Shown: positions 48,673-59,794, counted from the first letter of the stretch. The stretch: 64,000 nucleotides of DNA from Candidatus Eutrophomonas brisbanensis (GCA_038141705.1 JAYQIQ010000004.1:775135-839134); one strand, 5' to 3'. Numbers and translations: made by a program. The notes: generated from the sequence alone by a model not told the origin.

Positions 48673-51600
48673 ATGAGAACAGTAAAGCTGGACGACAAGT
48701 ACACCGCAACAAGCGGTCACGTATATCTCACTGGCATTCAGGCACTAGTGAGACTCATGATGGTGCAACAACAACGCGATGCCGCCAATGGATTAAAAAC
48801 CGGTGGCTTTGTTTCTGGCTATCGCGGCTCACCATTAGGCGGGCTCGATGAAGCGCTCTGGAGAGCTCAACCCTTACTCGATTTACACAATGTCAAGTTC
48901 ACCCCTGGAGTCAACGAAGAGCTCGCAGCAACCGCAGTTTGGGGAACACAACAAATTCACTTAACCGGCGAGATAGATTACGACGGTGTCTTTGCACTGT
49001 GGTACGGAAAAGGTCCTGGTGTTGACCGATGTGGCGATGTGTTTAAACACATGAATCATTTTGGTACATCAAAACATGGCGGCGTACTTTTGATTGCAGG
49101 AGACGACCACGGCGCCTACTCCTCAACATTGCCGCACCAAAGTGACCATTTATTCTCAGCATCCATGATCCCGGTTCTCTATCCGAGTAATGTCGAAGAA
49201 TATTTGACGCTTGGACTGCACGGTATCGCCATGTCGCGGTTTTCCGGTTGCGCAGTTGGCTTTAAAGCATTAGCTGACACCGTCGAATCATCCGCATCCA
49301 TTGATGGCGATATTTTTCGTCCCGAGATAAAAATCCCAAGTGACTTTGTCATGCCGGAAGGCGGACTCAACGGACGACTCTCGACTGACACGCTAGGAGT
49401 CCAAGCTCGAAAACAAGAAGCACTGATGCAGGATTACAAGATTTATGCAGCACTTGCTTACTCACGTGCGAATCGACTCAACCATACAACCATTGATTCT
49501 CCGAATGCAAAAATCGGTATCGTCGCGTCAGGCAAATCCTACATGGATGTCTTAGAAGCGCTCGATGAACTCGGCATTGCAGAATCGGAAGTTGCGAATG
49601 TTGGAATTCGACTCTTCAAAGTTGCCATGCCATGGCCGCTGGAACCAGATGGCATTCGCGAGTTTTCTCGAGGGCTAGAGGAGATACTCGTTGTCGAAGA
49701 AAAACGACAAATGGTCGAGTATCAATTAAAAGAGCAGCTCTACAACTGGGATGCCGAAGTCCGGCCACGTATCATCGGAAAATTCGATGACAAAGGTGAG
49801 TGGGTTCACCCGAGAGGGGAATGGCTACTCCCTGCAAAATCTGACTTTTCAGTTGCGCAAATCGCACGTGTTATCGCCTCCCGTATTGCTCGATACCACA
49901 ACTCAAACGCATTAAAAGAGCGCCTGGAATTTTTAGAGTCGAAAGAGTCCGTATTAGCTAAAGCGGTAGACACTCCCAATCGGCCTGCATGGTATTGCTC
50001 AGGGTGCCCACACAACACCTCAACAAAAGTCCCCGATGGCAGCCTCGCGCTTGCAGGAATTGGTTGTCACGTTATGGCGACCGCAATCTACCCAAAACAT
50101 AACAAGACCATGAGTCAAATGGGTGGGGAAGGCGTAACCTGGATCGGACAGGCACCGTTTTCCAAGCGAGAGCATGTGTTTACGAACCTTGGAGATGGAA
50201 CCTACTTTCACTCTGGACTACTCGCGATTCGTTCTGCCGTTGCAGCGAATATCAATATCACTTACAAAATTCTGTATAACGATGCGGTCGCTATGACAGG
50301 CGGTCAACCGATCGACGGTACGTTAACAGTGCCGATGATTGCGCAACAATTGACCGGGGAAGGCATTGAAAAAATTATAATCGTCACCGAAGATTTAAGC
50401 CGATACCGTGATCGACAAAACATTGCCTCTCACATTGAGATCAAGCATCGCGATGCGCTTGACCAAATTCAAAAGCAGCTTCGGGAAGTTAAGGGCGTGA
50501 GCGTTTTGATCTACGATCAGACGTGTGCTGCAGAAAAACGCCGTCGCCGCAAAAAAGGGGAAATCGCAACCCCGACAAAACGGCTCTTTATTAACCCTGA
50601 AGTTTGCGAAGGCTGCGGTGATTGCGGAGAACATAGTAACTGTACCTCTCTCCTTCCACTTGAGACCGATCTAGGCAAAAAACGTCTCATCGATCAATCA
50701 TCCTGTAATCAAGATTACTCATGCGTGAAGGGATTCTGCCCAAGCTTTGTATCGATCGAAGGTGGATCACCGAAAAAGAAATATTTGTCGAAAGATTATC
50801 AAGAGCAAATTCCAACGCTCCCAGCGCCAGTATTACCGATGGAAAATGGCGCTCCTTATAACATTTTTATTACCGGTATCGGCGGCACCGGTGTGATTAC
50901 GGTTGGCGCATTAATCGGAATGGCTGCACACCTCGAGAAAAAAGGGGTGTCTGTTTTAGATATGACCGGTATGTCACAGAAAAATGGTGCAGTGACTTCG
51001 CATGTACGGATTGCGCAGCAACCGAATCAAATTCGCGCGCAGCGTATCGCTACAGGGGAAGCGGACCTAATACTCGGATGCGATATGCTCACTTCCGGTA
51101 GTCAGGATGCGATTTCCAAAACACGCACCGGTAGAACCACTGCGATTATCAACACTCACGATCAACCCACTGGCGCATTCGCACAAGATCGCGACTGGAA
51201 TTTCCCAATGAGTGAGGTGCAGTCACTTATCAACGAAGCCGTAGCGGATAAAGCAACGTTTCTCAACGCAACTCGTATGGCTACGAACCTCATGGGTGAT
51301 GCCATTGCAACAAATTTATTTATGCTGGGCCTTGCTTTCCAAAAAGGACTTATCCCACTAACCGAAGCATCACTTTTAAAAGCCATTGAACTTAACGGCA
51401 TAGCAGTTGAAGCGAATAAGAAAGCGTTCCAATGGGGACGTTTCGCAGCAGTTGACCAAAGCGCTGTAGCGCGCATTGCCGAACCCACTCAACCGGTTTC
51501 TTTCACAAAACTCGAATCTGTGAAAGCGATTGTGAGCGATCGCGTTAAGCGATTAATCGATTATCAAAGCGAAGAGTACGCGGAAAAATACCGCTCACGC

Positions 51601-52164
51601 GTTGAAGACGTACTTGGCAAACTGGAAGGCAAAGATGTTCGAGATCAGCTTGGGAAAACTTTCGCCAAGAGCCTCTTCAAGGTCATGGCCTATAAAGATG
51701 AGTACGAAGTTGCTCGCATGCATAGCGATCCGGTTTTTCTACAAAAAGTACGCGACGCTTTTGATGGTAACTTCTCACTCAAATTTAATCTTGCACCACC
51801 ACTGATTTCGTCACTTGATGAAAATGGACACCTCCGTAAACGAGAATTTGGATCTTGGGTGCAGGGTGTCTTTAAAGTGCTAGCGAAACTAAAGCGAGTT
51901 CGTGGTACCGCGTTTGACATCTTCGGATACACCGAGGAGCGCAGATTGGAGCGTCGCTTGATTCTCGACTATATCGAGCTTGCAAACGAGGCGGTTTCCG
52001 CACTAAACGAAAAGAACTACGAGATCGTCAAAAAACTCATTGGACTACCCGAAGAGGTGAAAGGCTTCGGACATGTAAAATTGGCTGCAATCGAGCGTTT
52101 CTACGATCAAAAATCAGCACTTCGGCAACAGTTACTGGCCGAAGGCTGGAAAAAAGCTGCCTAA
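48673..52164 (+). CDS. Fused indolepyruvate/2-oxoacid:ferredoxin oxidoreductase family protein (IorA-IorB fusion)
   Basis: 1163 aa. It has an IorA-like N-terminal region, ferredoxin-type Cys clusters CEGCGDCGEHSNC and CNQDYSCVKGFCPSF, and an IorB-like domain GIGGTGVITVG. Confidence 0.85.
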   Translation: MRTVKLDDKYTATSGHVYLTGIQALVRLMMVQQQRDAANGLKTGGFVSGYRGSPLGGLDEALWRAQPLLDLHNVKFTPGVNEELAATAVWGTQQIHLTGEIDYDGVFALWYGKGPGVDRCGDVFKHMNHFGTSKHGGVLLIAGDDHGAYSSTLPHQSDHLFSASMIPVLYPSNVEEYLTLGLHGIAMSRFSGCAVGFKALADTVESSASIDGDIFRPEIKIPSDFVMPEGGLNGRLSTDTLGVQARKQEALMQDYKIYAALAYSRANRLNHTTIDSPNAKIGIVASGKSYMDVLEALDELGIAESEVANVGIRLFKVAMPWPLEPDGIREFSRGLEEILVVEEKRQMVEYQLKEQLYNWDAEVRPRIIGKFDDKGEWVHPRGEWLLPAKSDFSVAQIARVIASRIARYHNSNALKERLEFLESKESVLAKAVDTPNRPAWYCSGCPHNTSTKVPDGSLALAGIGCHVMATAIYPKHNKTMSQMGGEGVTWIGQAPFSKREHVFTNLGDGTYFHSGLLAIRSAVAANINITYKILYNDAVAMTGGQPIDGTLTVPMIAQQLTGEGIEKIIIVTEDLSRYRDRQNIASHIEIKHRDALDQIQKQLREVKGVSVLIYDQTCAAEKRRRRKKGEIATPTKRLFINPEVCEGCGDCGEHSNCTSLLPLETDLGKKRLIDQSSCNQDYSCVKGFCPSFVSIEGGSPKKKYLSKDYQEQIPTLPAPVLPMENGAPYNIFITGIGGTGVITVGALIGMAAHLEKKGVSVLDMTGMSQKNGAVTSHVRIAQQPNQIRAQRIATGEADLILGCDMLTSGSQDAISKTRTGRTTAIINTHDQPTGAFAQDRDWNFPMSEVQSLINEAVADKATFLNATRMATNLMGDAIATNLFMLGLAFQKGLIPLTEASLLKAIELNGIAVEANKKAFQWGRFAAVDQSAVARIAEPTQPVSFTKLESVKAIVSDRVKRLIDYQSEEYAEKYRSRVEDVLGKLEGKDVRDQLGKTFAKSLFKVMAYKDEYEVARMHSDPVFLQKVRDAFDGNFSLKFNLAPPLISSLDENGHLRKREFGSWVQGVFKVLAKLKRVRGTAFDIFGYTEERRLERRLILDYIELANEAVSALNEKNYEIVKKLIGLPEEVKGFGHVKLAAIERFYDQKSALRQQLLAEGWKKAA

Positions 52165-52265
52165 ACCGATTAGCAAACGTTATTTATTTTTAGCGCAGGC
52201 TGAATCATAATGAATGATTATGCTCAAAAAGCCTGCCAAAAAAGCTTTGTGGAGAAACTAAAAGC

Positions 52266-55200
52266 ATGACAAATCTGAACGATAGCCCGATTGTCGAACG
52301 ACCCAATATCAAAGCGAACGTGCGATTCGTTACAGCAGCAAGTCTATTTGATGGTCATGACGCCTCGATCAACATTATCCGCCGAATGCTTCAAGGCACT
52401 GGTGCGGAAGTTATTCATTTGGGCCATAACCGATCAGTTGAAGAAATCGTTACAGCGGCCATTCAAGAAGACGCGCATGGTATCGCCGTTAGTTCTTACC
52501 AAGGTGGTCACATCGAATACTTCAAATACATGATCGATCTACTTCGAGAGCGCGGAGCAGGTCATGTGAAAGGCTTTGGTGGTGGTGGTGGCGTGATCGT
52601 TGCCTCGGAAATTAAAGAGCTACACGACTACGGCGTTTCCCGCATTTACTCCCCGAAGACGGTGCGAGCATGGGGTTACAAGGCATGATCGATGATATGG
52701 TGGCGCGCGCAGCTCAGGCGGAAAAACCTCCCGTTACAGAGAGCGTGGACAACATCACGACAACAAACCATCCACTTCTCGCGCGGATTATTTCATCGAT
52801 AGAGCTTGCAACACTCCCCGAAGATCTTCATAAAGATATTCTCAAAAAATCGGATACGCAAAAAAATATTCCAGTGCTTGGGATCACCGGCACAGGCGGA
52901 GCAGGAAAATCATCACTGACCGACGAGCTCATTCGCAGATTCCGGTTAGACCAAAAAGATAATCTGCAAATCGCCGTTATTGCGATTGACCCTTCTCGCA
53001 GAAAAACTGGCGGCGCACTTTTGGGCGACCGCATTCGCATGAACGCACTTAGCAGCGAAAAAATTTATATGCGCTCCCTCGCGACTCGTGGAGGTGGAAG
53101 CGAGATCGCCGCATGTCTACCCGATGCGATTGCTGCGTGTAAGTGCGCAGGATTCGATCTCATTGTGGTGGAAACATCTGGAATCGGCCAGGGAGACGCC
53201 GCAATCGTTCCCTACGTCGATGTATCACTCTATGTGATGACCCCTGAATACGGTGCCGCTAGCCAGCTTGAAAAAATCGACATGCTGGACTTCGCCGATT
53301 ACGTTGCGATCAATAAATTTGATCGCCGCGGCGCAGAAGATGCACTTCGTGATGTTTCGAAACAATACCAGCGTAACCATCAATTATTTTCACAAGCACC
53401 TGATGCTATGCCAGTATTTGGCACGACTGCGTCGCGATTTAACGACGATGGAGTTACTGCGCTCTACCACGCATTAGCTGAGGCGCTAGGGAAGCATGGT
53501 TTGAAACGTGGTGAGATTCACCTTCCTTTGATTGATGTCAAGTCATCTACAAAAGTTTCGAGCGTGGTGCCACCTGATCGAGTTCGGTACCTTGCAGATA
53601 TTTCCACGTCGGTTCGGTCTTACAAACAGGATGCGATCGAACAATCGCGAGTCGCGAGACAACGACAGCAGATTAGCTCCGTTAAGAAAATGCTTGCAGA
53701 CGAGTGTGGGGAAGAAGTTGCAAACCTGGATCAACTGGCGAGCAAACGTGATTCCAAGCTCACTGGGGAATCGAAAAAATTATTGGCAGACTGGCCAGAC
53801 CTCAAAAAAGCGTACTCGGGTGATGAGCACGTTGTAAAAATACGCGACAAAGAAATTCGCACGCAACTTAAACGCGAATCGCTCTCTGGAACATTGATCC
53901 CACGGGTCTCGCTTCCAAACTTTGAAGATGAAGGCGAGTTACTCAAATGGCTCTTGCTTGAGAATGTTCCCGGCGCATTCCCATACACCGGCGGAGTGTT
54001 TCCATTTAAGCGAGAAAACGAAGATCCCACTCGCATGTTTGCTGGCGAAGGAGATCCGTTTCGAACAAATAAACGTTTTCATTTGCTCTCAAAAGATATG
54101 CCAGCAAAGCGGCTCTCAACCGCTTTTGACTCGGTAACGCTTTATGGATTCGATCCAGATTTACGGCCAGATATTTACGGCAAAGTCGGAAACTCCGGAG
54201 TGTCGATTGCAACACTAGAAGACATGAAGGTCCTCTACTCTGGGTTTGATTTGTGCGCACCAAACAACAGCGTCTCGATGACAATCAACGGACCAGCGCC
54301 GACTATCCTCGCGATGTTTATGAACACTGCGATCGATCAGCAAGTTGATAAGTTTAAAGAGGAAAATTCAAGAGAACCCAATCAAAGCGAATATCAGGCG
54401 ATCAAGAAACAAACGCTTGAGACTGTTCGTGGAACCGTTCAGGCAGACATTCTGAAAGAGGATCAAGGCCAGAACACCTGCATTTTCTCGACTGAGTTCA
54501 GCTTAAAGGTAATGGGGGATATTCAGGAATACTTCATCGCGAACAAAGTTCGCAACTTTTACTCAGTCTCCATATCTGGTTATCACATCGCGGAGGCAGG
54601 TGCGAATCCAATTTCACAACTCGCGTTCACGCTGAGTAACGGCTTTACATTTGTCGAAGCTTACCTTGCGCGCGGAATGCATATCGATGACTTTGCACCC
54701 AATTTAAGTTTCTTCTTCAGTAACGGGATGGATCCCGAATACTCTGTACTTGGCCGAGTCGCACGAAGAATTTGGGCGGTCGCAATGCGCGAACGATACG
54801 GTGCGAACGAAAGATCACAGAAACTGAAATATCACTGCCAAACATCCGGACGGTCACTTCACGCCCAGGAAATAGACTTCAACGATATTCGAACAACGCT
54901 ACAAGCGCTGATCGCGACGTACGACAACGCCAATTCGCTTCACACCAACGCATACGATGAGGCAATCACCACACCGACTGAAGAAAGTGTACGTCGCGCA
55001 ATGGCGATTCAGCTCATCATCAATCGCGAATGGGGGCTTGCCAAGAATGAGAACTCCAATCAAGGAAGTTTCGTTATTGAAGAGTTAACGGATTTGGTCG
55101 AAGAAGCTGTTCTCAAAGAGTTTGAAGCAATCTCCGAACGTGGCGGCGTACTAGGAGCGATGGAACTTGGGTATCAAAGAGGAAAAATCCAGGAGGAGTC

Positions 55201-55528
55201 ACTTTACTACGAGCATAAGAAACATGATGGTAGCTACCCACTAATTGGTGTGAATACCTTTAGAAACCCAAAAGGCAATGCGGTTCCAGAAACCCTCGAA
55301 CTGATTCGTTCATCTGACGAAGAGAAACAATCACAACTAAAACGACTCAAGGATTTTCAGACGACAAATTCCAATGACTCTGAAGCGATGCTAGAAAAAC
55401 TCAAAGCAGCAGTCATTGCGGACTCAAATGTTTTTGAAGTCTTAATGGAGGCGGTTCGAGTCTGCTCGCTCGGACAAATCACGCACACGCTTTTTGAGGT
55501 GGGTGGGCAATATAGACGATCGATGTAA
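52266..55528 (+). pseudogene. icmF: Fused isobutyryl-CoA mutase IcmF (B12 domain - MeaB-like GTPase - mutase barrel), frameshifted
   Basis: B12 motif [11 protein letters not shown] and G-domain motifs GTGGAGKSS and INKFDRRG, followed by a ~560-aa mutase domain. The 140-aa and 952-aa ORFs join ([19 protein letters not shown]) if the C4 run at 52651-52654 is C5. Confidence 0.85.
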
Positions 55529-55543
55529 AAGTCGACGTATCTT

Positions 55544-56278
55544 TTAAATTAGCTTTTCTAAGAATTGCTTTAATGCGGGATGTTCTGGCGCATCGAAAAT
55601 TTTCTCTGGCACTCCGTCTTCCATAATTTTTCCTTCGTTAAAGAAGACTACGCGATCTGAAATCGCCCTAGCGAAACGCATTTCATGTGTGACGATTACC
55701 ATAGTTGTCCCACCCTGATCCGCGATTCGACTTAATTGATCCAGCACATCTCGAACAAGCTCCGGATCAAGGGCGGAAGTTATTTCATCAAAAAGCATTA
55801 ACTCTGGCTGCAGTGCGAGAGCCCTTGCTATCGCGACTCGTTGCGATTGACCTCCAGAAAGAGAGGAAGGAAATGCCGATAGTTTGTCAGAGAGCCCCAC
55901 TTGGGCCAAATAATCACGAGCAATATCGCGAGCCTCTTTAGGTGGTTTCTTTTTCACCTTTTTGAGCGCTAGGGACACATTCTGTTCAGCCGTCATATTA
56001 GGAAAAAGATTAAAGCTTTGGAAAACCATTCCGATACGGGAGCGAATATCCTCTCGGTTTCTTTTGTCAACAAATGACTTTCCATCGATGAAAATGTCTC
56101 CACTATCCGGTTGATCTAATCCCATCAGCAAACGAAGTAATGTCGATTTACCAGAGCCACTGGCCCCAATCACACTGATCACTTCATTTTTCTCAATCCT
56201 CATGTTTAAGGAGTCGAGAACAACATTTCCCCCAAAGGATTTGGAAACATTTTCACACTCAACGAATGGTCTATGCAT
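55544..56278 (-). CDS. ehuA: Polar amino acid/ectoine ABC transporter ATP-binding protein
   Basis: Walker A GASGSGKST, signature LSGGQSQRVAIARAL and Walker B LMLFDE. Confidence 0.75.
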   Translation of the reverse strand: MHRPFVECENVSKSFGGNVVLDSLNMRIEKNEVISVIGASGSGKSTLLRLLMGLDQPDSGDIFIDGKSFVDKRNREDIRSRIGMVFQSFNLFPNMTAEQNVSLALKKVKKKPPKEARDIARDYLAQVGLSDKLSAFPSSLSGGQSQRVAIARALALQPELMLFDEITSALDPELVRDVLDQLSRIADQGGTTMVIVTHEMRFARAISDRVVFFNEGKIMEDGVPEKIFDAPEHPALKQFLEKLI

Positions 56279-56951
56279 AGGATAACTCCAATTTTCGCTC
56301 TAACTTCCTAACCAGGTAGGCAGCGACAAGACTCACCAAAAGAAATAGGAAACCAATCGCAGTCAGCGGTTCGAGATATTTAAAGTTATTGGCACCTAAT
56401 ATTTTTGCGACCTGCAGCACCTCAACAACCGTAATCGCTGACAACAATGGAGTGTCCTTAAAAATTGCTATCAAATAGTTGCCCAACATAGGAGTCACCA
56501 CCCGAAACATCTGCGGGAGGATAACCGCACGTAAGGTTGTAGGGAGTCCCAAATTTAGAGCTTTTGTAGCATCCCATTGGCTCTTTGGAATAGCACGTAT
56601 TCCGGATCGATAAGCCTCCGAACAGTAACTAGCATAGTGAATCCCTAACGCCAGTATTCCCGCTTGCATAGGCCCGAGTTTGATACCCCAATCCGGTAGA
56701 ACATAAAATAAAAAAAACATTTGCACGAGAAGTGGTGTTCCTCGAACAAATTCATTTCCCCAAAGTAGCGCTCGATAAAGTATTGGAACCTTAATCTCGA
56801 CTATCACCGCCACTATTAGTCCAATGATGGACGCAAACAAAAACCCTAATATTGCCGCGCTGATTGTTATCAAAAACGCATCCGTAAGTTCAGGAAAACA
56901 AGCGATAAGAAAATCCCAATCAAACACCTGAGCTCCTCCACTTAAATCCAC
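56271..56951 (-). CDS. ehuD: ABC transporter permease (EhuD-like)
   Basis: His/Glu/Gln/Arg/opine-family permease topology. It overlaps both neighbouring genes. Confidence 0.65.
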   Translation of the reverse strand: MDLSGGAQVFDWDFLIACFPELTDAFLITISAAILGFLFASIIGLIVAVIVEIKVPILYRALLWGNEFVRGTPLLVQMFFLFYVLPDWGIKLGPMQAGILALGIHYASYCSEAYRSGIRAIPKSQWDATKALNLGLPTTLRAVILPQMFRVVTPMLGNYLIAIFKDTPLLSAITVVEVLQVAKILGANNFKYLEPLTAIGFLFLLVSLVAAYLVRKLERKLELSYA

Positions 56952-57558
56952 GTTTTTCTAAAGCGCCAAATGAAAAAGAAATAATCTGCGAAAGGATGAA
57001 ATAGAGAATGAGGACAATCGAAAAAATTTCTGTACTTTGATAGTTTTCAGACCGAATAATTTGCGAAACGAAAGTTAAATCTGAAATCGTGATCAATGAA
57101 ACTAAAGCGCTATTTTTTAGAATTTCGATACAAAGAGTGGCAAGCCCAGGGAGTGCCACAACAATAGCTTGAGGAAAGACTACGTTTTTCAATGTGTCCC
57201 ATGCGCCTAGATTAATAGACGCGGCGGCATCCCATTGCCCCTTCGGGACAGACCGAACCGCAGCTTGAATAATTACAGCGCCATAGGCTCCCGCGTTCAA
57301 CGACAAGGCTATTATTGCAGTGGCAAATGGAGAGAAATTTACTCCAAATAGAGGCAGTACAAAAAAAAGCCAAAACAGCTGAAGTAATACAGAAGTGCCC
57401 CGAAAAAACTCTACATAAAAGAGAATCAATAATTTCGAAAAACCAGAGGCTCTGGCAAGCATCCATCCCGAAAATGCTGCGATTAAGATTGCGCAGAATA
57501 TACTAGACAGCGTTATGACTAGCGTGGCATGTAGGCCCTCTAACAGCAAAGATAACAC
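56920..57558 (-). CDS. ehuC: ABC transporter permease (EhuC-like)
   Basis: Same permease family (FFRGTSVLLQLFWLFFVLP). Confidence 0.65.
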   Translation of the reverse strand: MLSLLLEGLHATLVITLSSIFCAILIAAFSGWMLARASGFSKLLILFYVEFFRGTSVLLQLFWLFFVLPLFGVNFSPFATAIIALSLNAGAYGAVIIQAAVRSVPKGQWDAAASINLGAWDTLKNVVFPQAIVVALPGLATLCIEILKNSALVSLITISDLTFVSQIIRSENYQSTEIFSIVLILYFILSQIISFSFGALEKRGFKWRSSGV

Positions 57559-57585
57559 TTAATACTGCCTTCTTACGTCAACGGT

Positions 57586-58473
57586 TTAGCGCAAACACAA
57601 CTCAGACGTAGTAACGCCTTTGGGCAACTCGCTTTCAGTAAAACCGTATTGAAGGACCATATCTCGATGTTTCTCCGATCCAATAAACTGAGCAAGTTTT
57701 TCATTGAACGCATCTCGAAGGCGGACATCGTTTTTTCGAAAGGCAAATGCGCCATAACCTCGAACATTCACGCCAGCGATCACTGGATCTTCAAAAGGAA
57801 ACGCACGCTCCAGCAATTGAGACGTATCTTTTTGAATAATCCGCTGAACTGTAAGACTCGTTCCGGCGAAGGCATCTGATCGCCCAGCCTTCACACCCGA
57901 TACCGCACTCGCGATGTCTGGATAGACAATAATTTGCCCTTTCGGAATATTCAACTTGTTAGCATAAGTTAACTCGACAGTCCCCGACACCACACCCAAT
58001 TTTGTATTTGGATTTTCTAAGATATCGCTATACGCATTTAATTTATGAGGATTTCCTGATTTCACTAAAAACGATTCTCCAACTGAATATGTTGGATTCG
58101 AAAATATTACTTCCTTACAGCGTTCGGGTAGCACGTACATACCAGCAGCGATTACATCAAAACGGCCAGCCTTGAGTCCCGGAATTAATGAGCCAAACTC
58201 AGTCAAAACAGAGGTAACTTCGCTCACCCCAAGTTCGGATAAAACATGCCGCGCGATATCTGGCGCCTCCCCTGCAAGCTCCCCTGATTGCGGGTCAACA
58301 TATGCATATGGCGCCTCATTTGCAAACCCGAGACGTATAGCGCTTTTCTCCAAGGCCACCTCAAGCGTATCATCCGCAAGATTATTTGCATTATCTGAAC
58401 ACCCAGTAGCACCGATCAGTACCAATACCAAGAGTGTTGAATATTTATTGATAAGTTTGTATAGCTCTCTCAC
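57586..58473 (-). CDS. ehuB: Lipoprotein substrate-binding protein, ectoine/hydroxyectoine-binding EhuB-like
   Basis: Lipobox LIGATGC and EhuB-like blocks LGFANEAPYAYVD and LIPGLKAGRFDVIAAGMYVLPERC. Its start overlaps the ectD stop. Confidence 0.7.
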   Translation of the reverse strand: MRELYKLINKYSTLLVLVLIGATGCSDNANNLADDTLEVALEKSAIRLGFANEAPYAYVDPQSGELAGEAPDIARHVLSELGVSEVTSVLTEFGSLIPGLKAGRFDVIAAGMYVLPERCKEVIFSNPTYSVGESFLVKSGNPHKLNAYSDILENPNTKLGVVSGTVELTYANKLNIPKGQIIVYPDIASAVSGVKAGRSDAFAGTSLTVQRIIQKDTSQLLERAFPFEDPVIAGVNVRGYGAFAFRKNDVRLRDAFNEKLAQFIGSEKHRDMVLQYGFTESELPKGVTTSELCLR

Positions 58474-59384
58474 GCTGCCACCTTTAATGCTCGGAGCGCT
58501 TCGAATGATTCACGAGTTGCAACGTACTCCGGACGAGGTGACAAGCCATACTTGGGTTCTTCGAGCGAATTTTCAACGCTGTTGTAGACAAAGAACAAAT
58601 TTCTTCTATCAAAAGGTGAAATATTACTGTTCGACCCATGCATGGTATTGCAGTCAAAAAACACAACTGAACCCGCCCTTGCTTTAATCGTTTTAATGCC
58701 GCACTGTTTCGCTAAGAATCTCAAACTGTCATCGTCTGGAACGCCATATTCCTGTTTTTTCAACGACTCTTTGTAATGGTTATCCGGTGTTTCACCAACA
58801 CAGCTAATAAAGTATTTTTGGGAACCCGGCATAAGCATGAGAGGACCATTCGTATCATCGTTATCTGTTAACAGCACCGAGCAGCTTATCGCTCTCATTG
58901 CGGGCATACCATCCTCTACGTGCCAAGTTTCAAAGTCCGAGTGCCAATAAAACTCTTTTCCTCTAAATCCAGGTTTTAAATTTGCTCGAGATTGATGGAC
59001 ATAGACGTCAGACCCTAAAATGGTTCGGGCCAAGTCTAAAAGTCTAGGATCTCTAACCAATCGATCTACAAGATCACTTAACATGTGTACCCTGAAAATT
59101 GACCGAACATTAGTTGATCCTGGTTCTAAAAAAGATTCATCCCGCTTTTTTATTTCCTCAGTCGCAGCAAGCGACTGAATTTCCGCATCCCAAGATGAAA
59201 CCTCTTCTTCAGAAAAAAGATCCTCGATGAGAGCATAACCGTCACGCTCGAAACCATGAACAATCGATTTTGTTGACTCGTTAGCAATAGCTTCAACATT
59301 GGAATATACAACGGGCTCTCGTCTCGAAATAATCGCCGAATCCTTATTTGTTCGAGATCGATAGTTATCTGAAATTGGTGCCAT
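58470..59384 (-). CDS. ectD: Ectoine hydroxylase
   Basis: EctD signature FYWHSDFETWHVEDGMP. Confidence 0.95.
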   Translation of the reverse strand: MAPISDNYRSRTNKDSAIISRREPVVYSNVEAIANESTKSIVHGFERDGYALIEDLFSEEEVSSWDAEIQSLAATEEIKKRDESFLEPGSTNVRSIFRVHMLSDLVDRLVRDPRLLDLARTILGSDVYVHQSRANLKPGFRGKEFYWHSDFETWHVEDGMPAMRAISCSVLLTDNDDTNGPLMLMPGSQKYFISCVGETPDNHYKESLKKQEYGVPDDDSLRFLAKQCGIKTIKARAGSVVFFDCNTMHGSNSNISPFDRRNLFFVYNSVENSLEEPKYGLSPRPEYVATRESFEALRALKVAA

Positions 59385-59410
59385 ATTTTTTCTACTTTCT
59401 TTGTTGCTAA

Positions 59411-59794
59411 TTAATCAACAATTGGATAAACGCCATGTTCGTCATGAACCTCTCTGCCAGTCAAAGGAGGGTTAAACACACAGATCATCTTCATTTCCGT
59501 TTTAGCACGCAGGTAGTGATTGTCATGCTCATTTAAGGCATAAAGCACTCCCGGCTTAATCGGATAAATTTTTCCATCAGGAATCGTTTCAACTTCGCCC
59601 TCACCCTGGATACAAAAAACGGACTCCAAATGGTTCTGATACCAAATATGCGTTTCTGTGCCGGCGAAGATGGTAGTTTCGTGGACCGAGTAACCCATCC
59701 CATCTTTTTTTAGGATGATTCGTTTGCTGCGCCACGTATCAGTTACAACGTCGTCTTCAGTTCCGTCAATATCTCTTATGTTTCGCACGATCAT
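59411..59794 (-). CDS. ectC: L-ectoine synthase
   Basis: 127-aa cupin with MIVRNI...[19 protein letters not shown]...[12 protein letters not shown]. Confidence 0.95.
   Translation of the reverse strand: MIVRNIRDIDGTEDDVVTDTWRSKRIILKKDGMGYSVHETTIFAGTETHIWYQNHLESVFCIQGEGEVETIPDGKIYPIKPGVLYALNEHDNHYLRAKTEMKMICVFNPPLTGREVHDEHGVYPIVD

Noticed and set aside
52195-52236. Two-tier hairpin GCAGGCT...CATAAT-GAATG-ATTATG...AGCCTGC between the oxidoreductase gene and icmF, considered as a terminator or REP element
   Set aside because: No U-tract follows it on either strand, and I found no second copy in the window. I cannot support a specific function.
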